Assembly (NCBI RefSeq): GCF_963853765.1
Contig: NC_088860.1
Location: forward strand, 40,176,001-40,240,000
Source of the DNA: Magallana gigas
Lineage: Eukaryota
DNA length: 64,000 nucleotides
Direction: 5' to 3'
Under the pieces are notes generated by a model. The model was not told where the DNA came from. It searched no databases and worked only from the letters and a program-made list of their open reading frames with translations. This document shows positions 12,549 to 25,900 of this stretch, one piece after another. The position numbers and the translations under genes were made by a program. The stretch's first letter is position 1. The number at the start of each line of letters is the position of its first letter.

Positions 12549-15500
12549 TCAGGACTCTGTTTCTGTCGTAGACTTTCTTGAGAGCTGGTGAAGGATATTG
12601 TCAAGTTTGGAATTGATTCGTGTTTCCATTTCACTTATCTTTAGGTCTATGTGATTTAAGAGTCTCTGCTCTAGAGCGTCTAACTTAGTGTCCAGAATGT
12701 TTGGAGGTCTAACAGAAATATCAATGTCCTCACTGCTGTAAAAAAAAAATAATTATACGTTTTATTGCAAGTTATCATTGGAGACGCCATCGTAAATATT
12801 AATGCGTCATTAATTTTTTATTTTAGATGTCAAGTGATTATAAATTATTTTGATTATTGAACAGGTGCATTCATACATGTATTTTAAGAAAATTTATGCA
12901 TTTATTATGAGACTTGATAATAAAGCATTAGTAGGTACATGTATATGTACATGCATATGCAAAATCACTATTGATCACTATTAGTTCATTCCAAATAGTG
13001 ATAATCAAAAATTAGATGTACATAATTCTTTGATTTGAAGACTTACAAATTTATAATATAATATCAGAATATCCATAGCCTCAGTCCTGGCAAGTGGCAA
13101 CAGTTTGATATTGGTGATAAATATGACCTTCAACTTTCTAAATAAAAAACCTTGATGTCACTGAAAAACCTTGACCTTTAACCTACACCTGAGATTTTTA
13201 CCATACACAGTACACTCACACTTTTAAGTACACGTACAGGTACCATAAATCAAAAAAATCTAATTAACTGCTACATACCTTATTTCTTCCACAGAATTTC
13301 CATTATTACTGTTCATCTGAGTATTGTCCAAATTAGGTTGTTCAACTGCTGTTCCATTCTCCTCCCTTCTGGCTTCATCACTCTCTTTGGCTTTTCTTTT
13401 CTCATCCTCCCTCATTCCTGAAACTTTGTCACAAATGTTATGTAACAATGAAAACACATCTGCAGCTTCTTCGCTGTTTGAACTACTTGGACGATTTCCT
13501 GTTGCTCCCTGGGACAAATTGCTGGGATTTGATTGGCTGTGTGAAGGCCGATTCGGTAACTGACTCGACTTGACTCCCATCTGAGAGAACATGGACATTA
13601 ATCCCATCATTCCAAGTGGTGACCCTGCGGACATCGGTCGCTGGCCAAGAAGATTGGACAACCCTGACATTGAGGATCTTTGATTCTGATGAGGAAAAAA
13701 AATATACATATTTAAGAAGATAATCAGCACATATACATTAAACAAAGAATAATACATGTGCATGTCAAAATCTGTATCACACCCCGTATCAACCCAGGAC
13801 TTCAATATCAGCCCGAGGGCTGAAGTCCAGAGGGCTGATATTGGGTGAGGGTTGATTCTGGTGTGATACAGATTTTGACATATGTATTTTTGTTTTTATC
13901 ATATCATAATTTAAAAAGATTTAAACTTGTTCTTATTTTCATGGGAAAATTTCTTATTTAAAAGAGCTTTATTCCAGTTTTCCCCATCTCGATACCAGCA
14001 TATTTTTGACACTCAAATGTATTGTGACGTAAATAATAAAATGTTCATGTTATGACGTCGAAGTTCAAACTGCAGTTTAGCACCAACAAATAAAAAAAGG
14101 TCAAAGGTAATCCAGCTTAAGCAAAAGTGTTCCAGAAAGCTGTAATCATAGATGTAATAATGGGTGAAATATAGGGTGATGATACAGGGGATATGATAGA
14201 GGCGCATGCCATTGTTCATATAATGGGTGCAAAAACCATGTATTCTATGCAAAGTAAATAATAAATATAAATACATGTACATGTACTTAAGATTCTTTAG
14301 TCAAGTTTAATGCAAACACAAGAAATTGATATCCATGTACGATTGCTATAAGCACTTTTCTTGAATTTTAAAATCTCAACTTTTTCATTTTTTCAACAGT
14401 TTGGAACTGTATGTATTTTTAATTCATAACAAAAGTTTGACATTCATATTTTATTCAAATTTGATACAAAACAGTGGAATCACAGAATTTTAAGTACCAA
14501 AGACTATTATTTCATGCAATATGAGACATCGTTTTCATTAATATATGTACTTAATTTACGAGTGGATGTTTGAATTTAAATTTGATATAACTTTACTTTA
14601 ATACACGTACTAAACTACTAATATTTGACTGTACACAGGAACACTGAATATATATATACCTGCTGGTACTCTTCCATTGACTGCATCAGCCCCCTGGCTC
14701 CCTCTGGGAGGTTGTCTCCAAGACTTGTGACATAACTTCTGACCTTTGACATATTTATTTGACCTATTTCACCTCCATTTCTACTGTATTCATCCTCAGG
14801 TTCTGGGTGGAGTATGAAGACAACTTTGTAAAGCTTGAAGGTACTTGTTCCCTGTAGCCTTGGAAACTGAAGTAAAAAAAAACCATTGAAATTTAATTTA
14901 AATTCAATACACTGTATATACAGAATAATCAACTGTCAAATTGTGTAATGATAATGTGTTAATATCACTACATGCCATAATAAACACAGGAATATACAAA
15001 TTCAATTAATGGAACAGGTCTAGGACACTTGTTGGAATTTATGACTATGTAAGCAGAAAATTAGGATCTGAAAGGCTAATTAAACTTGCCTTGATTCAAA
15101 CAAACAACAAAACTAATGTTTGGCCAGTTAATTTCAATACAAGTATAGCGGTAGACTGACTATTCACAAAAGTATGAAACTTTATGTGATTATTCAATAT
15201 ACCAATCAAAGTCTGCAGTTATGCAAAGAAGTTGTTGTTTGAATTATTCAGTGCATCTGCATTTGTACAAAGAAGAAAATGTCTGAATTGTTATATCATT
15301 CACCTTTATGGTCAGTCCATAACAGGTGTCCAGCGATGACCTACATCTAAACACCACTTCCGTCTCCTCTCCCCCTTCATCGTCACCCATCATCCTCACT
15401 CTCTGCCCCCGGACCGTCTTCAGATACCCCTCACTGGCATCGTAGATTTCCATCAGGCCAGCTTGACTGTACACATGCAGGCCACATATGCTGACATGGT

Positions 15501-15990
15501 ACTGAGGTTTACAGGTCAAGGTTACGGTACATGCCTCCTCCTCACCCTCCACCCTGGTCAGCGTGAGACAGTTTTTGGGGTTCAGGTCCTGACAGAACTG
15601 GGGGCCTGACTCTGCATTGTTGTCATCAGTCTGTGAGCTGATATTACAATAACAATATCGTTATAAATTAACCCCTCCTTACAACACACACACAAGAAAA
15701 ACTTAAGACTGAGATTTCTATTCGACGACAAGTTTTTGTGGTTGTCAAAAACTGGTAAAAATCATGCGACAGATGTTTTTTATGGTCATATTTACAGATC
15801 TATGTAAGCATTATTCATTTCAGGAACATGCATTGACGTTATATTAACACTGTTTCAGTATAGATCAGTTTGAAAATATATCAAGAAAGTTCTACCTTGG
15901 TTCTTGACCGAAATAGTATTCTACAACAACAGCCGGATCTTTATCAAAGTCCCAGGAGGGTAGAACTGTGCAATAGTCTATCCCTGCCAT
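12549..15990 (-). CDS. C10orf88: ATPase PAAT / C10orf88 homologue, 409 aa
   Basis: Five exons with matching phases: 15990-15896, 15637-15304, 14866-14660, 13685-13279, 12735-12549 (1230 nt). Family-like motifs YSQAGLMEIY..GYLKTVRG, MSKVRSYVTSLGDNLPEGARGLMQSMEEYQQ, and the C-terminal coiled coil LEQRLLNHIDLKISEMETRINSKLDNIL. Confidence 0.85.
13751..13888. mobile_element. Palindromic (hairpin) MITE in PAAT intron 3
   Basis: atacatgtgcatgtcaaaatctgtatcacacc...ggtgtgatacagattttgacatatgtat, with an inner aatatcagccc...gggctgatatt hairpin. Confidence 0.8.
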
Positions 15991-16686
15991 CTACAAATAA
16001 AAAACTATGGATTTAAAAAAATAACAGCATCTTTTATGCTCATAAAAATATTTCATTTAATTACAAGATGATTTTTATAACATTGATAAGTCATCATAAT
16101 GATCATGCATTTCCTGGTAAAACATGAAATTTACAAGTGAAAAAATGCAACTATAATGAAATGAAACTCTAATATTACTGGTCATTTTTACTTGAATATT
16201 ATAAGAATAGCTGAGTGAATATTTCAAAATCACTTGGTTTTAATTAACCCAAAAGCCTTCAATGAACGAAAACTTAAGTTCCTTTCTGTCTGAAAGCAAA
16301 CGCTCTCGATCAACAGCTGATTAATATAACCAGGCAGATGTTCATGTACAGGTAAAATACATTTTGTACAATAGTGCAATATAGAACAACTTGTCAACAG
16401 CCGAGTTCATAATGTCTGTCTATGAAATGACTACCCCCCCCCCCCCCAACCTTTCAACCCTTTTGCCTCAAGGGGCGTCAGGGAAGAGGGCTCTGGGTTA
16501 TACCTAAATCCCCAAATCCGACATCGCCATTACTGTAGAAAAATGTAACGGAAAAAGGTAATTAAAAAAACCCAAATACTAAGGTTTTAGTTTTCATTTG
16601 TACCACAGAAAGAAACGCGAGCCCTCATCAATGCATTGCATGGCAAATGGCAATCACAATGTCAACAAATTGTATACATTTTCTAC

Positions 16687-17547
16687 GGGTGCGTCGATTT
16701 ACCCAAATGGACCCAAATGAACCCAAATGGACCCAAATGAACCCAAATGGACCCAAATGGCGACCCAAATGGACCCAAATGGCGACCCAAATGGCGATTA
16801 AAGTGGAAAACAATTATAATAAAATCCTTATTACTAATATTATTATTTGTTTTAGTCATGTCATGGGGTCGTAGCCGTTATTAAGAAAAATAAAGACCCA
16901 AATCAGTGGCGATTTAAGCGGAAAACAATTATAATAAAATCCTCAATACTAATTCTATTACTTGTTTAGTCATTTCATTGGGTTGTTAGCCGTTATTCAG
17001 ACAAGTTAAAAATGAATCATGATTAACTTGTCTATTTAATAACGTTGCCCAGCTCTTGCCACGAGGAGGCCACCCCAATAAAGAGCCATAATTTAGGGAA
17101 ATTTGGAAAAATAAAAGCCGAAGGTCCAAAACAATAATTAAAATTATTTCAGTATATCTTTGTAATTGAAATGAGAAAACTAGTAAGATCCTCTGTAGAG
17201 TTATTGTAAACAAAATGAAAGATGCAGTGCATAAAGTTTTACGGGACGAACAGACAGGTTTTAGATCCAACAGTAGCTGTACTAACTAAATAGCAACTCT
17301 AAGAATAATTGTGAAACAATATGTCGAATGGCAGTCATCACTGAACATAAAGTAGATGGGTGAATAAGTCGTGTAAAATGCCCATATGAGGAATAAATAG
17401 ATACTGCAAAATTAAAATATGTGATAAATTTTAAAAAAAAATTAAAAACAATGCAACTATATTTAACGTAACATCGATGTTTTTTCAATAAGTATGCAAA
17501 AGGTACTAATCTTTATGGTTATGATACATACAGAGCAACCCCCTACC

Positions 17548-17625
<78 letters not shown>

Positions 17626-18469
17626 GGTGTGTAATTTCCCACTTTTAAAATTTAATGGTTTGACTATATGCAATATCTAATTTTTTTAACTGTTTATTTT
17701 TTCATTTTATTCCTTTCTATTTAGTTCAAAATGTCCTATTGTTTATTTCCTCCTAGATAGAATGTTCTATCGTTAAAATGACAGATGTCCTACGGACCCG
17801 GTTTAACGATAGAATTCGTCCCATATACTCGCTTGGTAGCAAATAAAAATATTATATCGTGCTGTATCTCGCCTTAATTTTCATATGATTGGTCTTAAAT
17901 ACCTACTATGTTGCTCTTTTATAATCCCATATTACCACATTAAATGTTTTTGCAACGAAATCACTGCCACTTTTAACATCACGTTTGAACACTGTTAATA
18001 CTATTTGTTTTATTCATCTCTTATCCTGCTAATTAAGAGAGCTATAATATTCATAATTATTTATAAAAATGTTATTAAATTGTTCCCAACAGTTACGTTC
18101 ATTTAATTCATCATGATTTATCTTTAATTCGTCTGAATAACGGCAAACAACCTCATGAAACAAGTAATAAGATTAGTAAAAATGATTTTATTGTAATTTA
18201 TATTTTTTTTGAATCGCCTTTGAATCGCCATTTGGGTCTTTATTTTTCATAATAACGGCTAACAACCCTATGAAATGACTAAAACAAGAAATAATATTAG
18301 TAATCAGGATTTTATTATAATTGTTTTCCACTTTAATCGCCATTTGGGTCGCCATTTGGGTCCATTTGGGTCGCCATTTGGGTCCATTTGGGTCGCCATT
18401 TGGGTCCATTTGGGTTCATTTGGGTCCATTTGGGTTCATTTGGGTCCATTTGGGTAAATCGACGCACCG
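16687..18469. mobile_element. Foldback-type non-autonomous DNA transposon with ~340-bp modular TIRs
   Basis: Direct repeat TTTTCTAC at 16679-16686 and 18470-18477 (8-bp TSD). Termini GGTGCGTCGATTTACCCAAATGG are inverted. Arrays of 10/13-bp GACCCAAATG units and ~120-bp subrepeats are mirrored at 16687-~17030 and ~18105-18469. No transposase. Confidence 0.9.
17551..17622. repeat. (AG)36 microsatellite
   Basis: Perfect AG run in the centre of the foldback element. Confidence 0.99.
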
Positions 18470-18931
18470 TTTTCTACCTCTAAAAGCAAGAGAGTTTGGG
18501 GGAGAAATTATTGTTAAAAACAGCTTTAACTTTAAGACGTTCTCAGAAATTAGAAAATTCAGAATCAAAATATCAGCATTTCTTAATTTAGAAATTTCTT
18601 AAATGTTTATATTTTGATATAACTTTGAAATTCAGTTTATTATTAAAGAAAAAAAAATCCGATTCAATGAATAGTCCATATTTATATCCGGTAAAATGTC
18701 TGCGCCCTTTCCGCTGAATTTCTTATTAGACGGTTTACAATTTTTCGACGAATCAACGTTGTGTCAGTTTTAATAGAATGTTAAGCCAATGAACAGTGAA
18801 TTTATTGAACCTGATTCGCCGAAAATAATCGATAATAAACACGGAAGAATTGTGAGATAAGATCCCCATGACATAACTTCGTCATAAGTGATGCATGTTT
18901 GTGCTCTATTTCGCTTTGATGGAAATCAATT

Positions 18932-21900
18932 ATGAGCAGGTTTAAGAGGAGGAAGACGTCAATGGGATCTTCCGGGCTTTCAACGATTGACATGTAAATA
19001 TAGTATATGTAACATGTTATGATGTACACACATTAGCCATGTGTATTGACATGTATTGACCAGATTGTGTTCAATTTGTTATATTATTGATACATGTATG
19101 TAAACGGATTCACAATGATAATACAGTCATGAATTTTACTCGTATATGAAGAATACTACCCCTCTGTATACAAGTTATCGATAGAAAATTTTTATATGTA
19201 CATTTTTTTTTACCTTTTTACTTGATAAAATTTCAGTTTCTTGTGGTGAGACCACAGAAATTGTCATGTGAGTTTTAAGTCCCATGAAAACTGTTTAATT
19301 TTACACTTATTGCTGAGATTAGGTATCACCTGGAACTGGTTAGGATATCCGATATAGACATGTATTTGACCCCCCCCCCCCCCCCCTTAACTTCTCCTTT
19401 GGCAAAAAGTTTATATTCCTGTTGTAAAAATCTAATGCATGGGGCCATATTTTTATTTTGAATTTTTATTTGTAGAACATCAAATTTACTTAGGTATGGA
19501 GACTGCATTCTCCATTGTAATGTCTACATCTCCAGGGGAATTCACGAACTAGACAATGATATCGTTTTGCGATATGCCTGTGCCATTGCGAACATTGGAG
19601 GTGGAATTCTCCACATGCAGAATGTGGATTACAAGAGTGGTGTATGTTCCAAAGACTTGGATACTTGGTGGAGCGGAATGGAAATCAAACTGGCCGCCAT
19701 GATCTCATCTGATGACATCTGTAACTATTTCGACATGGTGGGGAATTACGATGACGCTGATCTTTATCTTTTTGTGAAAACGTCTGAGCACATTTGTACC
19801 ATCAACTACCACTCACGGCTACCAACTGACACGGCTACTCATGAAGTCAGTTACCAGTCGGTAATAAAGTTATTACAGAAGGAAGGACCTGAAAAGCCAC
19901 TAGCTGCTCTTCCTCCTGTACCTACAGATTACTATTATGGAATTACCCATGAGTGTCTCAAGCAAGAAACAAAACAAATTCAATTCAAACAGCTTTCTGG
20001 AAGAAATTCCAGAGATGGAAAGGGCATTCCTGAAAAAATAAAATCTTTGGTATCCAAGTACGTATCTGCGTTTGCGAACCATGAAGGGGGACACATTTAT
20101 TTTGGGATTGACGATGACCAAGCTGCAGTTTATGGGGAAGATATGAGTTATCAGGACCAGGAGAGAACTGGTAGCGCTTGCATTTGCAATTTGATTATTA
20201 CATGATCCTAATGTGTTTACATGTATGTGTCAAAATTTATTTATTTGAAACTTGTATGAAATGGAAAAGATTCTACACTTAGCTTTAAATTAAAATCGAT
20301 AATCTCAAGCCAGAAGCTTAACTGAACTAAACTTAATGTAATTTCTTAGAGAGACGAACAATCATCAGGCCCTGTTACTCATTAATACACGTAGTCTATA
20401 GAACATTGTATAATATTATGTATGCATATGGTATGGATATTTGCATGAAGATATAGGATTTTTGACTTTTTGAAATATTTTGAAGCAAAACTGGTCCAGT
20501 TGAGGATGGACGTGATAATTTGGGGGAGTTCCGCATTCAGTGCCCAGAGAGGGGTACACTGGGATATCCAGTTCTTTCCTGTCCAAGATGTGCCTCCTAG
20601 AAAGGTAATCAGCTTACCATTAATAATGTGAGTATAGTCCCTCAGTATGTCATCTTTCCAGCTGGTTTTACGATTGAGATTTGGAGGGGAAAGGGGCGTA
20701 CCCCGGTAATTCTTTTTGACATCCCAAAGCCCTTCTTAAAACCAACAGAAAACTGTTGAAAATGTTATAATTTTATATGTATTCAAATCTGAAGTATTTC
20801 AAGATTTTTTAATTGATGCATGATGTTCAATAATTACATGTATTGGTACTTGTAATGTAGTATGATTTTTTTTTTTTATCTTAAAAGCACTTTATAAATG
20901 GTTAATTTTGTTTAGTATTATTTTTGTACAGTCACACTAAGTCTTCAGTAATTATGAAAGGTTTTGTTACCGTTCTTTGATTTCCAGGCTGCAAATGATG
21001 AAGAATGTATTTAAGGGCAAAAATAAAACTAGGAATTGTGAAATACTTGTGCATGGATCTGTTGGAAAAAGATACTTTTTAAGAATTGAATTTCAGCAAT
21101 GTGATACACATTGAATGTACATGTATGAACAGTAAACTCGAATGGCTTCCATAACAAATAATGTCATTGAATGTAAATTAACACAAAAATTTAATTACAA
21201 AACGTGCAAGATTTGAAACTCTTATTTCAGAATCCTAGGTTTGTGGTGGTGGTATCAGTTTGTAAGTTTCCTGGGGGTGTGTTCACTGCTACGCCAGGTA
21301 GTTACTATGTTGACACTCATAACCAGGAAGTGAAGTGCTGGTCCTTCGACCAATGGAGGAAAGCAATGCTCAATCCTTTCAGAGGTGAAATTTTATTTTC
21401 GTAACACTGAGCAACACTGATTTCAACGTCACCATAAATTAAATGTCTCAGACAAAATTCTATGTTCTATTTTTTTCTACAAGGTATTGTGTGAATAGGA
21501 AAGGCAAAAGCCATTTAATTCAGATGAGAATAATTAATAGTGTTTTATGTAAATATATTGGGAAAAACAAGCCTTGTGTTTTATTTCAAGTACCACATAT
21601 TCTCATGTAAACTTGCAAATGAGGAATCATTTTAACATATATGCATGAATGTCAGACTTCCTCATGTGCTGTGTGTATATCTTAGATATTTGCAAGACAT
21701 ATTGAATTTCTATGGATGATTTTATGATTTATTGTCAATGATGAATTTTTCAGATAAGCCAGAGCTACACGGCCGGTTTGTCAAGCTTCCCCTGATGGTG
21801 CCCCAGGCTCCGCTGGTATTCTCTTTAAAACATACCATCAACAGCATCAAATCCAAATTGTTGACCGGTTCGTTAATTCTAATTCTTTGTAAACAGTCCT

Positions 21901-24214
21901 TTTTTTTATTTTAATGATGTCAAGCTGAAGTTATAGACTTCTTAAAACTTTTTAAGTCTCAAGTTTTAACAATTCTCAGAGTATTATTGCCTGAGTTTAA
22001 CTGCAGATATCACGTTATCTTTTTAATGAACCAGTTTTCAAATCATGCACCAGACGTTTATTTGTGTTTTGGAGTGCAGTTAGTTTAAAACAATTCATTA
22101 ATAATTGCACCCATGAATTTGATGTCTTGATATTTCTTATTAGGCTTTTAAAAACATATATACATGTACATTGACTTGTAGAGAAATCGATGAAGCTACC
22201 GCAGCCGCGCCACTATCTGTCCTTCATCAACCACAAGGACACGAGGGACCTCATCTGCTCTGTGGTGGACCACTTCCCGGCGGGTCGCCATCTGTCCCTG
22301 TTTGTCAACTGCTGGGGGCTCTCGGTTCCTTCTGCCCCAATTCCCAAGGTCATCTGTGATTTGTTTGTGGTCAGTGAGTCCAGTGGGTGTCACTTAATCA
22401 CGTTCGCCAACTCAGAGTCCAGTTCTATATGGACACATGCCCAAGATGTGGCCGCACATCTCAAATACAAGATGGTGGCACTTGGGGGCTGCGTTGCAAA
22501 GTTTGGCATTGCTACACATATCATCAACGTGAAGAACTTTACAGAAGTTAAGCATGATCTGGACTGTAAATTCTATCCGTCTCATTTCGACATGACATCT
22601 GAGAAATTTGATGAGGTCATTAATTCCCTAATAGTGATAATGGCAGCATATCAACCAGTAGATTTTACAACGCTTAACTCCAAAGATATGTCAAACATTT
22701 TGTCTTGCGACACACATTTTTTTATGCTCACATGCGATCAGTTTGAGCTGCTTTTCAGGCGTCAGTTTACCAAGGAATTATGGGTACATAGTCCACCTGG
22801 TGCAGGAAAAACTGTGGCCGCAGTACAGTTTGTGCAGGAGTTAAAGCGGCGTGGATGTCAGAGTTCAGAAATTCTCTATCTGGCTGAAAACAAGCTGCTT
22901 TGTTCCTATGTTGGGTAAGGAAATGCTAATTACAGACTGGTTGAAAATCATTGACTAACATTACCATTGCAATTACTTTTTGGATTGGATTCAAGATTGG
23001 AATTAAGATTTTATGTGACTGTGCTAATTTAAGAGAGTACTTGAATTTCATTTTTACTTTAAAGTGTATAGACTGAAGATTTACTTTTTATTTTGTCAAA
23101 AACTTAAAGCAAACAGTCTTTAATAACCAATAAGTGTTTATGTTTTTGATGGTTTGATAATACATATATACATGTAGTATGGTGGTGGTTTTTTTTTTTT
23201 TCATACTCTTTTAATAGAACAATTTAAAAATATCACTAAAATTTCTTTGTATCAATAGAGTATGGCTGTATTATGTACCAGAAACCATCAAACAAAATAT
23301 ATATCAATGTACTTCTACACAACTGACATTTGTTAATCTCTTATTCCAGATCTTTCAACATCTGTCGGGTAGCAACACGTCTTGAATTCTTACAGGCCAA
23401 TAAAGATTCTTACAGCAGTGTTAGAAATGTCATTGTGGATGAGGCCCAGAATTTCAAAGACAGAGACGGTGATTGGTACAGTGCTGCCGAGCGTTTGACC
23501 AAACCACGCGAAAACTCGCAACTACAAGCATGCACAGACAAGAATCTGACAGCTATAAATTCTGATCTCAGTTTATTAGAGAGACATGGTTTCTTCTGGG
23601 TGTTCATGGACTACTCTCAGAAAGTTCACAAGTTCAATGCCGGTCTTCCATCCATCATTGGTAAAAATAACTTCATGATGAGCGAGATCACTCGTAATTC
23701 TAAAGAAATCTTTGAGTACGCCATGCATTTCATGCATGGCTCCCCAGAAGGCCAAAAAGTGCAATTACCAGATGATATGGCCGGGTTACGTGGGGATGTG
23801 GAAGTTTCACCTCACCTTGGACACAACTACAAGTCCGGACAGTCCGTCGAAATCCTGAAATGTGATAAGGAACACTTGAAAGAAAAACTCTTCCAAGTTT
23901 TGTCGGGCATTATCGATAGTGGAGTCAGTGTTGACGATTTGGCTGTTCTTGTTGGTAGCAAACAGGATAAGCCGGAAGTCACTGCTAACGTGAAACCCTT
24001 GTCGCAGAAGATAGAATGCGGCCTGGAGGTAGATACTGTGAAAGAATTCAGTGGATTGGATCGAGGAACTATTATAGGGGTGGATCCAAAAGTGAACTCT
24101 GAGCATGCTGACCTTAATAAGTTCATTCTGAGTTTAGCGACCCGTGCAAGAGATAAGCTTGTCATTATTTCTACCTCTGATGACATTCAGCAGAAATTGG
24201 CTACTAAAGTCTGA
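18932..24214 (+). CDS. Full-length Schlafen-family protein (AlbA_2 nuclease domain + linker + SF1-type helicase), 893 aa, SLFN11/13-like architecture
   Basis: Seven exons with matching phases: 18932-18993, 19536-20170, 20486-20604, 21231-21384, 21754-21867, 22182-22914, 23350-24214 (2682 nt). Motifs: RYACAIANIGGG, KYVSAFANHEGGHIYFGIDDD, VICD, Walker A HSPPGAGKT, Walker B IVDEAQNF, GDWY, DTVKEFSGLDR, LATRA. Exon 1 and the exon 2/3 junction are the least certain parts. Confidence 0.92.
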
Positions 24215-25035
24215 AAATGCCAAAGAGGATACTTCCACTTGATAAACTTGATTGTATGTATGTGTGGAATGCATATTTTATTTCCATTTACAGGATGTTT
24301 TGATATTCAAATTAAAAAACATTTTTTTGAAATAATTAGAAATCTTCTTCTAAAAATTATACGGTTATTAATATGATTATCAAAAGATGTAGTCTTATCT
24401 GAAATTGATTATCAAGTTTATACATGAATTTTTCTGCACCTTTTTATGTGTAAAATAATTTTAAAAAGAAATGATTTTTAAGTTTTCTTTAAATCAGTGT
24501 TTCTCAGGTACCAATACACCATCTTTGCAGGTAAATTAATTTTATTGGAGCAATTTATAAATCTCTTTGGTTTGTTGCTTAAGATATGCCCAAAACAACA
24601 AAAGTAAATCCCATTGATAAATCATGTTTAAAAATGGAGTGCTCTGTTACATTTTTTTGCTCTGACAGGAATACAAGTTGTTTAAATTGTTATAAATAAT
24701 TTTAATTTTTCAAGGGTTAAAATTGCAACAATGTTATATCAACTGATTATCTTGATGGCATTTTATTTATAATATTCAAATTTTGTTACTGTAATTTAAT
24801 ATAAATTTTATATTGTTTTTACATTTTTACACTGTTTACATTTATATGTGTATTTTGATGAATAAAATATTTTACAGATTAACTATATTTTTATGTATAA
24901 ATTGTTAGTTATTATTTGAAGTGAAAAAATAGTCAATTAATATTAGTTCAAGTAATTACAAAATCTTCAGTTTTTATACAAAAGTAAAATGACTGCATGC
25001 TGAAATTCCAAAGACTGATACCTATATGTAATAAA

Positions 25036-25900
25036 CAGTGGCGTCGGAAGCAAATTGAAAGTGGGGGGGGGGTATACCTATAGTTTCAATAAAAAAAAGA
25101 TCTTACCTCCCAAATTTTCTTTTTTTCAAAAATACATGTAACGAAATTCCTACTCCGGGATGGGGGGGGGGGGGGGGGGCTAGTCTGCCTTTGACTCCTA
25201 CTTCGCAATCTTTCAAACGTACATTACGGAGAGTCTTGGTAAAATGGGTAGGCAATCCCGGGCCGGGGCAAAATAAAAGCCGGGTCAGATCGATATTTTT
25301 CAATTTTCTTTGCTAATAATAAACCAATCTCATTGAAATTTTCAAGATATGTTCCCAATCGATATAACTGTGTTCGCTGTAAATATTTCTGCACAACATT
25401 GTATATTAAGAAATCCGGTTTTAGTGACCCGGTTTTTCTTAAAAACTGTTATTAATTGAAGAATTTTTACTTTCCGTTCAATAAATGACTATTTTTTATT
25501 AGTATATTATATGGTTTACCGGAATTAAACGTGAAATGTTCACTTTTTTCTTAAATAAGTCCAAAAAACCGTAAAATGTCGACCCGGGTTTGCCTACCCA
25601 TTTTACCAACTTGAAAATCAATAATCGTCGATAAATTTCTTAATATACATTGTTTTGCAGAAATATTTACAGCGAATATACTTATACTATTTGTTGACAT
25701 GTCCTGAAAATTTCAATGAGATTGGTTGAGTCTTGACAAAGAAAATTGAAAAATATCCCATTTTACCAAGACTCCATTACGGAACAATAATTATGTTTCT
25801 TGCGAAAAAAAGTGGGAGGGGGGGGGGGGGCTGAACCCTCTATTCTGCTATGTGCCTAATGGTTAGGTCTAACGTAGCAAAAAAGTGGGGGGGGGGGGCA
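25036..25900. mobile_element. G-tract-rich MITE remnant (CAGTGGCGTCGGAAGC start), interrupted by a MULE-like insertion
   Basis: Starts cagtggcgtcggaagcaaattgaaagtggggg and carries several poly-G tracts. The right TIR is not found. Confidence 0.5.
25231..25774. mobile_element. Mutator-like (MULE) non-autonomous element
   Basis: Perfect 9-bp TSD CATTACGGA (25222-25230 and 25775-25783). Perfect 18-bp outer TIR GAGTCTTGGTAAAATGGG, continuing as long imperfect inverted repeats. Confidence 0.9.

Noticed and set aside
16628-18602. ORFs rich in W/G/P/H or D/P/N/K (e.g. MDPNGPKWRPKWTQ)
   Set aside because: Translations of the GACCCAAATG arrays in the foldback arms.
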